NCBI GenBank assembly: GCA_965240325.2
Contig: OZ251224.1
Coordinates: forward strand, 806,001-870,000
Direction: 5' to 3'
Origin: Rebecca billardiae RCC1528
Lineage: Eukaryota; Protista; Haptophyta
Length of the DNA: 64,000 nucleotides
Each line of letters opens with the position of its first letter. The first letter of the stretch is position 1. This document shows, piece by piece, positions 43,586-57,161 of this stretch. The translations under genes were made by a program, and so were the position numbers. Below the pieces are notes generated by a model that made no database searches, was not told the DNA's origin, and worked only from the letters and a program-made list of their open reading frames with translations.

Positions 43586-46500
43586 ATGCTCTCGCTCCTC
43601 CTCGCGCTCGCCGTCGCGGCGGGCAAGGACAACCTCAACGGCCAGGCCGAGGTGACCGAGTACATCGTGAGCTTTGGCAAGGGCAAGCCCGGCGGCGGCT
43701 CGTCGACGGCCGTCGCCACCGCTCTGAGCGCGCTGCCCGCCGGCTCTGCGAGCGTCAAGCACGAGTTCTCGAACGTGATCGAGGGCTTCAGCGGCACGCT
43801 CACCAAGGAGGCCAAGGCGATGCTCGAGAAGATGGGCGCGACGATCGAGGAGGACCTGCCCGTGTACGCCCTCGCCAACGACGACCAGGACGAGCGGCAG
43901 CAGGGCAAGGGCAAGTACAGCGTCGGCATCCTCGAGGCGCTGCCGTGGGGCCTCGACCGCATCGACCAGACCAACCTGCCGCTCGACGGCTCGTTCGAGA
44001 CGCCCGGCCTGGGCGAGGACGCGCACGTCTTTGTGGTGGATACGGGTATCAACCTGGGCCACAACGAGTGGACTGGTCGCATCGGCGACGGCTACGACTT
44101 CATCGACAACGACGACGACCCGACGGACTGCGGCGGTGGGTTGCGCTCGAGCTGCACGCGCATGCACGCTCGCGCCCGCACCGCGGCGGCACGCACTGAC
44201 CATCCCCGCCTCCCGCGTGCCCTACCCGCGCGCGAACGCAGGCCACGGCACGCACTGCGCGGGCACCGTGCTCGGCACGCACTACGGTGTGGCGAAGGGC
44301 GCGACGCTGCACGGCGTGCGCGTGCTCGGCTGCTCCGGCTCCGGCTCGACCTCGGGAATCATCGCCGCGCTCGAGTGGGTGGCGGAGCGCGAGGAGTCCA
44401 TCAAGATCGTGTCGATGTCGCTCGGCGGCGGCTTCTCCAGCACCTTCAACGACGCCGTCAACAACCTCGTCAACGCGGGCGTGACCACCGTCGTCGCGGC
44501 GGGCAACGACAACGACGACGCATGCACCACGAGCCCGGCGTCCGCGCCGCTGGCGATCACCGTCGGCTCGACGACGAGCAGCGACGCGCGCTCCGGCTTC
44601 TCGAACTACGGCAGCTGCGTGGACATCTACGCGCCAGGCAGCAGCATCCTCAGCGCGTGGATCGGCGGCCCCGACGCGACCAACACCATCTCGGGCACCT
44701 CTATGGCTTGTCCGCACGTGGCCGGCGTCGTCGCGCAGTGGGCGAGTGCGCTCGGGGCCTCCGCGACGCCGGCGCAGCTGCTCAGCTTCATCCTCGCCGA
44801 AGCCGTTCCCGACATCGTCACGGGGGTGCCCGCGCCGGAGGAGCCAAAGCTGCTCCAGGCGTACACGATGGCGCCGCCAAGCCCGCCGCCCGCGCCGCCT
44901 TCGCCGCCGCCCTCGCCACCGCCGCCCTCGCTGCCACCCTCGCCGCCCTCGCCTCCGAGCCCCCCACCGCTGCCGCCCTCGCCGCCGAGCCCGCCGCCGA
45001 GCCCGGCGTGCATCAGCGGCCACATCCGCTGCGGCACGCCGCGTACTGGCACGACGGCCGGCGCTCCAAACAACTGGGGCAACCCGTCGGGCGAGGTCTT
45101 CTTCGGGATCGACGGCTGGGGCTCGGCGCTGCGCCTCGACACGTGCGGCTCGAGCTACGACACGTACCTGCGCGTGTACGACAAGTGCCCCGACGAGGGC
45201 GGCGTGCAGCTCGCGGCGAACGACGACGGCAGCTGCGGGTTCGCCTCGCTCATCACGCTCGACGTGCCGCTCGACAGCGGGTACGTGGTGATGGTCGAGG
45301 GCTACTCGAGCAGCGAGGGCGCGTACACGCTCGCGATGACGGGCTGCGACAACCCGAGCCTGCCGCTGCCGCCGTCTCTGCCGCCGAACCCGCCGACGTC
45401 GCTTACGTCGCCGCCGGCCCCTCCGCCAAGCCCGCCGCCACCGTCGCCGCCCTCGCCACCGCCTGCTCCGCCGCGCCCGCCGTGCACCGTCGGCACGATC
45501 ACGTGCGCAGCTCCCGCCACCGGCTCGACCGCCGGCGCGCCGAACAACTGGGGCAACCCGTCGGGCGAGCACCTGTACGCGATCAGCGGGCACGGCACGC
45601 TGCGCCTCGACACGTGCGGCTCGAGCTACGACACGTACCTGCGCGTGTACGACAAGTGCCCCGACGAGGGCGGCGTGCAGCTCGCGGCGAACGACGACGG
45701 CAGCTGCGGTCTCGCCTCGCTCATCACGCTCGACGTGCCGCTCGACAGCGGGTACGTGGTGATGGTCGAGGGCTACTCGAGCAGCGAGGGCGCGTACACG
45801 CTTGCGATGACGGGCTGCGAGGTGCCGAGCCCGTCGCCCTCGCCGGGCCCCCTGCCGACACCCCCGCCGACACCCCCGCCGAGCCCCTCGCCGACGCCCT
45901 CGCCGATGCCCTCGCCCAGCCCCCCGCCCAGCCCGCCACCGCCCTCCTCGCCTCCGCCACTTTCGCCCTCGCCGCCCCCCTCACCACCGCCGCCGCCGCC
46001 CGAGCCGTGCGCCGTTGGCCGGCTCGCGTGCGCCACGCCCGCCATCGGCTCCACAATCGGCCTGCCCAGTGTCTGGGGCGCGCCGAGCGGCGACGCGCTG
46101 TACCGGCTGTCGTTCGGCGAGGCCGGCGGCACGGCGAGGCTCACGGCCTGTGGCAGCGACTTTGACACGGTCCTGCGCGTGCTCGACGGCTGCCCGGGCG
46201 CGCCTCACGGCGCCACGGAGCTCGCGGTCAACGACGACAGCGGCGAGTGCGGCGACGCTTCCGCGCTCACGGTCGACGTGCCGCCCGGCGGCTCTGTGAT
46301 TGTGCTGGTGGAGGGCTTCGTGACGAAGGAGGGGCAGTACAAGCTGACGGTGGAGGGCTGCCCCGATGAGGACGAGGGCAGGATCGCGCCGCCCTCGCCG
46401 CCGCCCTCGCCCTCGCCACCGCCCGCGCCGTGTGTCCCTGCGGGCGCGCTGCCGCTCAGCTGCGGCACGACTGTGCGCGGCGACACACGCGACGGCTCTG

Positions 46501-47858
46501 GGGACGCCAACTTTGGCAACCCGGCGCGCGAGCACTACTACACGATCAGCGCGCCCACCGCGACGACCGTCACCCTCGACACGTGCGGCTCCGAGTACGA
46601 CACCTTCCTCCGCGTGTACGACGGCTGCCCGCGCGACGCGGACGCGCAGATCGGCAGCGACGACGACAGCGGCTGCGGCGTGATGGCGCGGCTCTCGCTC
46701 GAGCTCGAGGGCGGCGTGGAGTACCTGGTGCTGCTCGAGGGCTTCGGGGCGAACCAGGGGCCGTACTCGCTCGAGATGAGCTGCGACGGCGGCGGCGAGT
46801 CATCCGTGCCCGACGATAACGGCGGCGGCGACGAGCTGCCGGGTGTCGAGCCCCCCACCGACGCGGCGCGCATCCACTGCTCACTCGGGCTCGAGGCTGA
46901 CCTCGCAGACTGGGCTGACGGCGCGGCGGGTGCAGCAGACAAGCGCGCGGCGCTCGGCGCTTCGATCGCGCAGGTGGCCGAGGTCCCGACGTCGGACGTC
47001 CTCATCACGAGCGTGGTCGGCGGGAGCGTCACTGTCCACTTCGAGGTGGTGCGCGCGGACGAGGACGAGCAGATCGACAAGGTGATCGAGAACTTGGAGA
47101 CACGCGCCGCCCAGCTCGCGGCGAGCGTCGAGGCGAGCACGGGCTCAAGCGTGACCTCCGGCGTGGTCGTGCAGGAGGTGGTCCACCCGCTCCAGCCGAC
47201 GCCGACGCCGACGCCGGCCAGCGGTGACGAGGCGGTGGGCGTTGTTGTCGACGGTGTCAAGGCGAATGACGACGGGGCCGGTGCGGACGGCGGCGACGAC
47301 GACGACGACGACGACAACGACGACGACGACCTGGGTTCGCAGGCGCGCGTCGGCGGCGCGGCCGGAGCCGCCGACACGGCGACGGGCGGCGGCGTCGGCG
47401 GCTCGTCGCTCAGCCTCGCCGCGCTCATCGGCATTGTCACCGGCGCCGTCGGCGCGCTAGTGGTCGCGCTGTGCGCGTACGCCGGCTGGAAGCGCTGGAA
47501 GTACGACTCGAAGCTGACCCACTCCGCCCGCGCCGTGTCCTACCAGGCCGCCGGAGACCAGGCGCTGCCGACGGCGGACGAGTCGGCTCCGAGCGCGGCG
47601 AGGCCTGCCGCTGAGTTCCAAGAGTTCCATGCCGTCGCGCTCAACGCAGCGCCCCAGCCGTCGACGAGCGCCGCGGGGCGGTGGACGACGGTCGTGGCTA
47701 CTGCTTCGTCCTGGTTCTCCCCAAGCTCGAGCCAGACGGCAGCACCGGCACGCGAGAGCGTGGCGGACGTCGACGAGCTTGGCCCTCCGCGTCGTGCGTC
47801 GCGCACGATGGCGGCGCGCCCGCCGGCCCCTGGCGCCGGCTCGGCAAACATGGCCTAA
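43586..47858 (+). CDS. Membrane-anchored subtilisin, copy 2; intron 44136-44241
   Basis: Same structure as copy 1; reading frame and catalytic triad intact. Confidence 0.93.
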
Positions 47859-48345
47859 GGCGAGCATGCCCACGACTGCTGCACCTGCATGGTGCCACCG
47901 ATCGGCACGCTGCTGCGCCGCTCGACCGCGCGCATGCGACGCGCTGCTTTGGGGCCTTTGTTTGACGACGTCGTCCTCGTGACGACGGCGTCCTCCTCGT
48001 CTCACAACGACGACAACTTTATGTCGTCGCGTCAACTTCGCGGCAGCATCGCGGTCCCGGATGCGTTGGGGCTTGGGCGTATCCCGCCTGTCGCCAACCG
48101 GTACGGCACGCACCCACTTCGTCTACTGTCGTGTGCGCCTCGTTATTATATACTGAGCTATAGTCAATGCTGATCGGTCGTCGTGCAGCACGTAGCCACG
48201 GTCTCTGCTACTGCCAATCTGACGATTAGTAGCGGCGGTGACGGGTGAGGTCTGGTGAGTGGTGACGGCGTCGCCGTCGGCAGTAGGCGTAGCCTATACG
48301 AACTGCATTAGCTCGGCATAGTAGTTATAGCTATATAGCTAGCTA

Positions 48346-51300
48346 CCATTCAGGCGGGCATTGCCGGGTTGCACCCGGCAATGCTGCATTCACCCCGGTC
48401 CTACCGGAATGCAGGGCTCGCCCCGCTGGCCTACAGCTCTGTGACCAGTCAGCGCCGCGCGCCACATAACAGGCCACCACGACTTCATCAATACTGCTGC
48501 ACGCATGATGGTACCAGTAGTGACAGAGTACTGGCGGTACCGTGCTGCGCGCATGGTATGGTACTGCTGCGTGCATGATGGTATGGTACTGCTGCGCGCA
48601 TGGTATGGTACTGCTGTGCGCATGGTAGTATGGTACTCTGCTGCACGCATGATCAGGTATGTACTGCTGCTGCGCGCATGGTATGGTACTGCCGCGTGCA
48701 TGGTATGGTACTGCTGCACGCATGATGGTATGGTACTGGCGGTACTGCTGCGCGCATGGTATGGCACTGCTGTGCGCATGGTATGGCGGTACTGCTGCGT
48801 GCATGGTATGCCGTACTGCAGTGCACGCAAGAAACAAGCGCGCAGGTGGTGGGAGAAGCAAGCAGAAGCAAGCGCGCAGGTGGTGGGAGTGCTCGCAGGT
48901 GGTGGGAGAAGCAAGAAGCAGCAGCTCGAAGCAGCAGGCACTCCGATGCGGCACCTCCCGAAGCTGCTGCATCCTTCTGACCGCCCGCGGTTTGCGGACG
49001 AAGCGTCCGCGACTGCGAGCCGCACGCGCACGCGGTGCGCGCAGCGGTCATGGCGCTGGGTCCGGCGAGCAGCCGGGGTGAGGTTCAGGTACGAGGGGCA
49101 CACACTATTCCGCATGCGCCTTGGCACCGACCACGCGCCGCATCCACTGGGAGATCTGCGGCCGCAAGAAGCGCGCGCCTTGGCGAGGGCGAAGCATCGT
49201 AGACCCGCCTGCGCGCAGTGCTTCCGCACCGCCGGCCGGGGCGGTCCGGCACTTTAACTTTGCTTGGTGTTTGTCCGGCTTCCTCAGCATCATGACATCA
49301 TCACAGTCCTCACTCCTTCACCGATCACTGTGCACCGATCTCTTGAAGGGAGCGAGCAACGGAGGACGAAGCTGAAGCACCTAGTCATGGGTCCTTGCTC
49401 TCTTGCCGAACCGTGAGGAACCGGAAGCAACCGAGAGGAAGCTGAAAGCAGTGTAAAGCACCTTCACTGGTCCTTGCTCTCTCCAGCTTCTGTTGACCGG
49501 TTTCCAAGCAACCGGGAGGAACCGAAGCATACGGGGAGGCCAAGGGTGGTCAGGGTCGCCGACTCCAGCGGAGTCCGGCGCCGGAACTTCAGCACCGATT
49601 TTTTGCGGCGGCGCGGCGTGCGGGGCCGCTGCCGCTGTGGCGGGCCGCTCGGGGCGTGCACGGCGTGGGCTCGTGCGGCCGCTGCCGCGCACGCCGAGCG
49701 ATCCGGCGCGGGCTCGCGGCTTGTCGATGGCCTCGCGCGCCGCAGCGCGGCGCGCGCCTTGCCTAGCTTCGCCTGTCTCGCGCCTTGGCCGCCGTGCACG
49801 CGTGCGCCGCCAAACCGCAAGCTCGGCATAGCTCTCAGCCGAGCGTGCACGTGCCTTGCGCGACGCGACGCGGGCATTGCCAGCGGGCGATGTAGCCGTA
49901 GTGCGAGCCGACCACGCGCCGCATCCACTGGGAGATCCGCGGCCGCAAGGAGCGCGCGCCTTTGGCGAGGGCGCCCGCGATCCCGCATCCCGGCCCGGGG
50001 CGGTCCGGCACTGCTTGTTTGGTGTTGTCCGGCTTCCTCAGCTCATTCATCACTCCAGCTCATCATCACTGCGCACCGATCTCATGAAGGGAGCGAGCAA
50101 CCGGAGGAGGCTGAAGCACCTTCGTGGCAAGGCGGTCCTTGCTCTCTTGCCGAACCGTGAGGAACCGGAAGCAACCGAGAGGAAGCTGAAAGCAGTGTGA
50201 AGCACCTTCACTGGTCCTTGCTCTCTCCAGCTTCATGTTGACCGGTTTCCAAGCTAAACCGGGAGGAACCGGTTGGAAGCATACGGGGAGGCTCGCTTAT
50301 TAGTCGCTTTCGCCTTTCATGATTCATCGGCTTCCGTGTGTTCATCATCACCAGCTGTTCATCATCGGTTCAGAACTTGATCAGTTGGTGCCCAGTACAT
50401 GTAAGCGGTACTGCCATGATTCATCATCGGCTTCCGTGTGTCATCAGCAAGCTGTTCATCCAAAGATGGTCCTTTTGGTTCGCCCTGCTGGCCTACAGCT
50501 CTGTGACCAGTCAGCGCCGCGCGCCACATAACAGGCTGTAAACAGGCCACCACGACTTCATCAATACTGCTGCACGCATGATGGTACCAGTAGTGACAGA
50601 GTACTGGCGGTACCGTGCTGCGCGCATGGTATGGTACTGCTGGGCTCGTGGTATGGCACTCACATGGTCGCATGGTATGGTACTGAGTGCACGCATTCAT
50701 GATTGGTACTGTAACTGGTACTGCTGCGCGCATGGTAGTATGCGGTACTGCTGAGCGCATGGTATGGTACTGCTGCATGCATGTAGTACGCATGATGGCC
50801 GTAATGGTATGGTACTGCTGCTCGCATGGTATGCAGTACTGCTGCGCGCATGGTATGGTGGGTACTGCTGCGCGCACTGTAGCTAGTGAGTAGTGTGGAG
50901 TACTGATGCGTGACGCATGGTATGGTACTGCATGGTCTATGTTATGGCCTACTGCTGCGCGCATGGTATGGTACTGCTGCGTGCATGATGGTATGGTACT
51001 GCTGCGCGCATGGTATGGTACTGCTGTGCGCATGGTAGTATGGTACTCTGCTGCACGCATGATCAGGTATGTACTGCTGCTGCGCGCATGGTATGGTACT
51101 GCCGCGTGCATGGTATGGTACTGCTGCACGCATGATGGTATGGTACTGGCGGTACTGCTGCGCGCATGGTATGGCACTGCTGTGCGCATGGTATGGCGGT
51201 ACTGCTGCGTGCATGGTATGCCGTACTGCAGTGCACGCAAGAAACAAGCGCGCAGGTGGTGGGAGAAGCAAGCAGAAGCAAGCGCGCAGGTGGTGGGAGT

Positions 51301-53241
51301 GCTCGCAGGTGGTGGGAGAAGCAAGAAGCAGCAGCTCGAAGCAGCAGGCACTCCGATGCGGCACCTCCCGAAGCTGCTGCATCCTTCTGACCGCCCGCGG
51401 TTTGCGGACGAAGCGTCCGCGACTGCGAGCCGCACGCGCACGCGGTGCGCGCAGCGGTCATGGCGCTGGGTCCGGCGAGCAGCCGGGGTGAGGTTCAGGT
51501 ACGAGGGGCACACACTATTCCGCATGCGCCTTGGCACCGACCACGCGCCGCATCCACTGGGAGATCTGCGGCCGCAAGAAGCGCGCGCCTTGGCGAGGGC
51601 GAAGCATCGTAGACCCGCCTGCGCGCAGTGCTTCCGCACCGCCGGCGGGGCGGTCCGGCACTTTAACTTTGCTTGGTGTTTGTCCGGCTTCCTCAGCATC
51701 ATGACATCATCACAGTCCTCACTCCTTCACCGATCACTGTGCACCGATCTCTTGAAGCCTGAAGGGAGCGAGCAACGGAGGACGAAGCTGAAGCACCTAG
51801 TCATGGGTCCTTGCTCTCTTGCCGAACCGTGAGGAACCGGAAGCAACCGAGAGGAAGCTGAAAGCAGTGTAAAGCACCTTCACTGGTCCTTGCTCTCTCC
51901 AGCTTCATGTTGACCGGTTTCCAAGCAACCGGGAGGAACCGAAGCATACGGGGAGGCCAAGGGTGGTCAGGGTCGCCGACTCCAGCGGAGTCCGGCGCCG
52001 GAACTTCAGCACCGATTTTTTGCGGCGGCGCGGCGTGCGGGGCCGCTGCCGCTGTGGCGGGCCGCTCGGGGCGTGCACGGCGTGGGCTCGTGCGGCCGCT
52101 GCCGCGCACGCCGAGCGATCCGGCGCGGGCTCGCGGCTTGTCGATGGCCTCGCGCGCCGCAGCGCGGCGCGCGCCTTGCCTAGCTTCGCCTGTCTCGCGC
52201 CTTGGCCGCCGTGCACGCGTGCGCCGCCAAACCGCAAGCTCGGCATAGCTCTCAGCCGAGCGTGCACGTGCCTTGCGCGACGCGACGCGGGCATTGCCAG
52301 CGGGCGATGTAGCCGTAGTGCGAGCCGACCACGCGCCGCATCCACTGGGAGATCCGCGGCCGCAAGGAGCGCGCGCCTTTGGCGAGGGCGCCCGCGATCC
52401 CGCATCCCGGCCCGGGGCGGTCCGGCACTGCTTGTTTGGTGTTGTCCGGCTTCCTCAGCTCATTCATCACTCCAGCTCATCATCACTGCGCACCGATCTC
52501 ATGAAGGGAGCGAGCAACCGGAGGAGGCTGAAGCACCTTCGTGGCAAGGCGGTCCTTGCTCTCTTGCCGAACCGTGAGGAACCGGAAGCAACCGAGAGGA
52601 AGCTGAAAGCAGTGTGAAGCACCTTCACTGGTCCTTGCTCTCTCCAGCTTCATGTTGACCGGTTTCCAAGCTAAACCGGGAGGAACCGGTTGGAAGCATA
52701 CGGGGAGGCTCGCTTATTAGTCGCTTTCGCCTTTCATGATTCATCGGCTTCCGTGTGTTCATCATCACCAGCTGTTCATCATCGGTTCAGAACTTGATCA
52801 GTTGGTGCCCAGTACATGTAAGCGGTACTGCCATGATTCATCATCGGCTTCCGTGTGTCATCAGCAAGCTGTTCATCCAAAGATGGTCCTTTTGGTTCAT
52901 CATCGGTTCAGAACTTGATCAGTTTGTGCCCAGTACACATGTAAGCGGTACCGCACCAAGGCAGCCCCTGACCGTACAGTAGCTACTCCATCCCTTGAAT
53001 CATCATCATCATCACATTTCTTGCTGTTACCGCGGACGTAGCTGGGGGAGTCGACTGCTGACAGATTGCACGAAAAAACCGTTGGCCCCAATTGGGATCT
53101 GACTAAACTGTATTCCTCGGGATACCTATTGGAAGGCCATCAACTTTGTAAGAATCACCGGACTTCGCGTGTCCTACCGGAAAACTCGCTCCGCTCGCAT
53201 GCTTGTTCTTACAGAACAACCAATGCGAGCGGGGCTCGCGA
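48346..53241 (-). mobile_element. Non-autonomous Helitron-like insertion, 4,896 bp
   Basis: Absent from units 1 and 3, whose empty site reads gctagcta|ttatatagc (39667/39668 and 61921/61922). No TSD. The minus strand starts TC and ends hairpin (48358-48384) + 12 nt ...ATGG. Confidence 0.8.
48491..48822. repeat. ~21-24 bp minisatellite (gcgcatggtatggtactgct-like) inside the insertion; an expanded second copy lies at ~50563-51232
   Basis: Direct reading. Confidence 0.92.
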
Positions 53242-53265
53242 TTATATAGCTTATAAATGTGTGTG

Positions 53266-53375
<110 letters not shown>

Positions 53376-54069
53376 TAGCCGTCCTCGGAGCGCCTGCGCC
53401 ATCCAGATGCAGTGAGGAGGCGAGGCACACGCCGGGCAGGGCGGAGCCACGCGGCGAGAGACCAGACTCTATACATTGTATGGGATTTTTGTTCCTCGAA
53501 ACAAAGTGCGAGCGGCAGCCAGCGCTCGGGCCGAGCGCGCGGCAGGACTGGCCGCTCAACGCCGACAGACGCGCGGTGTGAGATGGAGCAGCTTGGACGA
53601 CGCAGCTCGAGAGCCGCCAAGCCGCACGACAGCGAGGCACGAAGGACATCGCGCGCAGGGCGCCTCGAAGCTGCGGGCCGCCGGAAACAGCTGCAGCCAT
53701 CAGGACAGTGGGCGCTTCCGACGGGTGCTCGCTGCGAGTGAGCGGGAGGCATGCAGGCGACGGTAACGGTTGGCTCGGCGCCTGATGAAAACCCATTCAC
53801 GAATTGGCCGTCCTGACCGCCATGCCAACCATGCCTAGTTAGCCTATGGCCCAGGAGCAGCGCAGTGAGTAGGTCGTTCTAGGCCGCCGTGCGTGCACAC
53901 AGAGCACGGGCTCGAAAGTCCCTTGTGGCACGAGAAGAGGGTAGTGGCCAAGATGGCAGCCGGACTTGAGCTCGGCCGCCTGGCTCAGGGTGAATGGCAG
54001 GCAGGTGTTGATACGGCGCATTGCGCTCCCACCGTCCTCTTAGACAATCAGTTATTGTGCCAATAACCC

Positions 54070-54154
<85 letters not shown>

Positions 54155-57100
54155 ATATATATGTATATGATGCGCATGATGCGCATTGATTAATGCATAG
54201 CTAATAGATGCTGTACATGCATGACTGCTGACGATCATCGTCGTCTCGACGACGTCGATCGATCTGCTTCGAAAAATAAATAATCGAAAATGCTCGCGGC
54301 AAGGGCGTTCCCGGGATCCTGCCACACGCTCCCGGGAAAGCAATGCCCCCCCCTGGGGGGGGCATTGCTACCGGACTGGCGCGGGCCGTAATCTTAAAAT
54401 GTACCTGCTTGAAATAGAGGAAGCCTATTTCAATGGGAACGCGGTTCGATTTGGCGCATGACCAATGCGGGGAACGCCCCTGATGGCGGGCCGTAGGTCC
54501 GCCCCTCGGTAGTGCCCGGGGAAAAGATCAGAAAAAGAAAAGAATAAATAAAATCGCCTCGCAAAGAAAAGAAAATCGTCTTGCTCACTACCGGGCGCCC
54601 TGTAGCTCCCACTGGGGACGCTCGGCCGAAAAAGGGGTCGGCCATGGCGCGGAGCGCATGGGCGGCGCGCGCCAAATCCAACATCGTGAGAGGACTCCCG
54701 AGGGGGTTTTCGCCCGATTCGCGATTGCTGCCCTCGTCGTCTCGCGTGCAGGTCGAACGAGGGCCAAAGTCGACGCGTTTGGAGGTACGCTCGGCGCGTC
54801 GACACGATCGTGCGACCTGGGGCGGTCCTCGCCCGACTTGCACGTCGAGCGCTCGCACCAGCCATATCATCAAGCGCTGCGCACGATGGCCGCCTCGCGC
54901 GATGCACCGCCGCGCGTCGGGCTCGGTGCGGAAAGGCCCTCATCAGGGCGGGAAGCGCCATCGCGCGCGAGGCAAGATTTGGCGCGGCCTTCTGAACACG
55001 ATCGCCGGAAATCCGCGCGCACCGGACTCAGTCCTCGCTCGCGGTCCGGTCCCTCAGCCGACAAGCCCACGTCCGGCCTGCATGGCGTCGACGGTGACCA
55101 ATGCGACGGAAGCGCAACGCCAACGGCGTACGACGCGCAGCGGACGCACCTCCCGGGTCTGTCGCCGTGGCAGCAACCGTGTCTTCGCGAGTTGGCGACC
55201 CTCGTCGCAGCGCGACACAGACAAGCCCGTGATGATGCCATCCGCAGAGAGATGAAACGTCGAGCATGCAAAATCGCCGCGCCATCCTCGTCCATGGCGC
55301 AGGCGCTGCGGGACGAGGCGGAAGTCGTCACGCCGGTGACGGATGCGCTGCGATTCGTGTGCCCGCGTGAGCAGCGCTTGCCCACTCTCGATCGCGAGTG
55401 GCACACGCTGTCGCTGTGCGCGCGCGCGCGCACAACCAACAGCTCCTCGTGCCGCCGAGCACGCGAGCGCCAGACCTGTCGAAGAGGCGAAGAGCGACGA
55501 CCGCGTGAACGTCAACGCGCTCGTGCTCAGCGTGGCGGCCGTGTACGACGTCAACGCGACCTGCGCCGAGCCCATCATGCCTGGAGCGGACATCGGCAAG
55601 CATCCTCGCGACGACCGCTCTCGGCTGGCGGCAGGAGGACATGCACATGATCTACTCTGGCGGCTTCGTCGGCGGCGAGGCGCTCGATTACGCCATCGCG
55701 GTCGACATGCGGCACATACAGCGCCTACCCGCGCTCGCGCGGAGCAACGGGCTACCCGCTCCGCCCCGCGTGCTGCACATTCCCTCGTGGGTGTGGGCCT
55801 CGCTGATGGAGTGATGCGCATACTACTAAGAGTACACGGACCGTGAGACGTGTGCACACGTCGGAGAGCCAACTTCACGTGTCACTGGTCCTTGCACTCG
55901 ACTGTCCGTCACCCACGGCCACGAGCGAATGTGGAAAGCAGACGCGAACCCGCAAAGGATACATTGCGACAGCACTGGCACGGCCCGCCGACCCCCCCGC
56001 CCGTCAGGGCACAGTTTTAATAATAATATGCTGATGATCAGGGGCGCTTCCAGTTCCGCGGTTCCGCCCGGCTTCGCCAGGACTCGGTGAAGCCTACTAC
56101 GACTGTGTCACTGTGAGGACACTCGCGTGCGAATCGCGATGCGACGAAATGGCGGGCCGTAGGTCCGCCCCTTGTTGGCGGGCCGTAGGTCCGCCCCTTG
56201 TAGTGCCCGGGGAAAAAAGATCATCAGAAAAAAGGTAAAATAATGGCGGGCCGTTAAAGAAAATCGCCTCGCAAAGAAATAACGAAAATCGCTTCCTCAC
56301 TACCGGGCCGCCCTCGGCGCCTCGCAGCTCCCACTGGGGACGCTCGGCCGAAAAAGGGTTCCTGGATGGCGCGGAGCGCGTGCGCCAAATCCAACGCCGG
56401 CGCGGACATCGTGAGAGGACTCCCGAGGGTTTTTTTCGCCTGATTCGCGATTTCTGCCCTCGTCGTCTCGCGTGCAGGTCGAACGGGGGCCAAAGTCGAC
56501 GCGTTTGGAGGTACGCTCGGCGCGTCGACACGATCGTGCGACCTGGGGCGGTCCTCGCCCGACTTGCACGTCGAGCGCTCGCACGGGCCATAGCATCAAG
56601 CGCTGCGCTCGACAACCACCTCGCGCGATCCACCGCCGCGCGTCGAGCTCGGTGCGGAAAGGCCCTCATCACGAGGTGTCTCGCGGGCGGGAAGCGCCTC
56701 GTGCGCTCGGCGTCCGACCTCGCGCAACGCATGTCGGGCGGCGCAAACGACGACGAGGCCTCAGGCGATGGCGGTGACATCATGGTGCGCTTCCCCGCGC
56801 TCGTCTGACCACATCGTGGCGACGCGCAGGCGACCTACGGCGTGCGGCTGCGCACGCACCGTCACACAATCCTGATCATCGTCACGTCGTCGAGCGCCGC
56901 CATCTGCGCATCTCCACGGCCGACCATTCGCTGGAAGCCTGGCAGGCTGGCACCAAGATCTATTCTTAGATCTGGTCCATCCTCCGGATGAAGATCGACC
57001 GACCAGGCGACCACTCCGACTCTGAACTCCGGCCTGGCAAGAAAAGTTCCACCTTCAATCTCGCGGACTTGTCGGATCAAACGGACGTTCCCGACGCAAG

Positions 57101-57161
57101 CTGACGCAACGCAATCGCGCCAGCCGCCAACGGAACGACGATCGGCACGCCAACTCGCAGC

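Noticed and set aside
48491-51232. Short regular repeats resembling a CRISPR array
   Set aside because: Units abut directly with no unique spacers, are degenerate, and no cas genes are present; this is a minisatellite.
48343-52982. ORFs inside the insertion (e.g. 50362-51702, 50906-51832) as a transposase or Rep
   Set aside because: They are translations of the minisatellite and GC-rich repeats; no HUH/Y2, helicase, DDE or RT motifs were seen.
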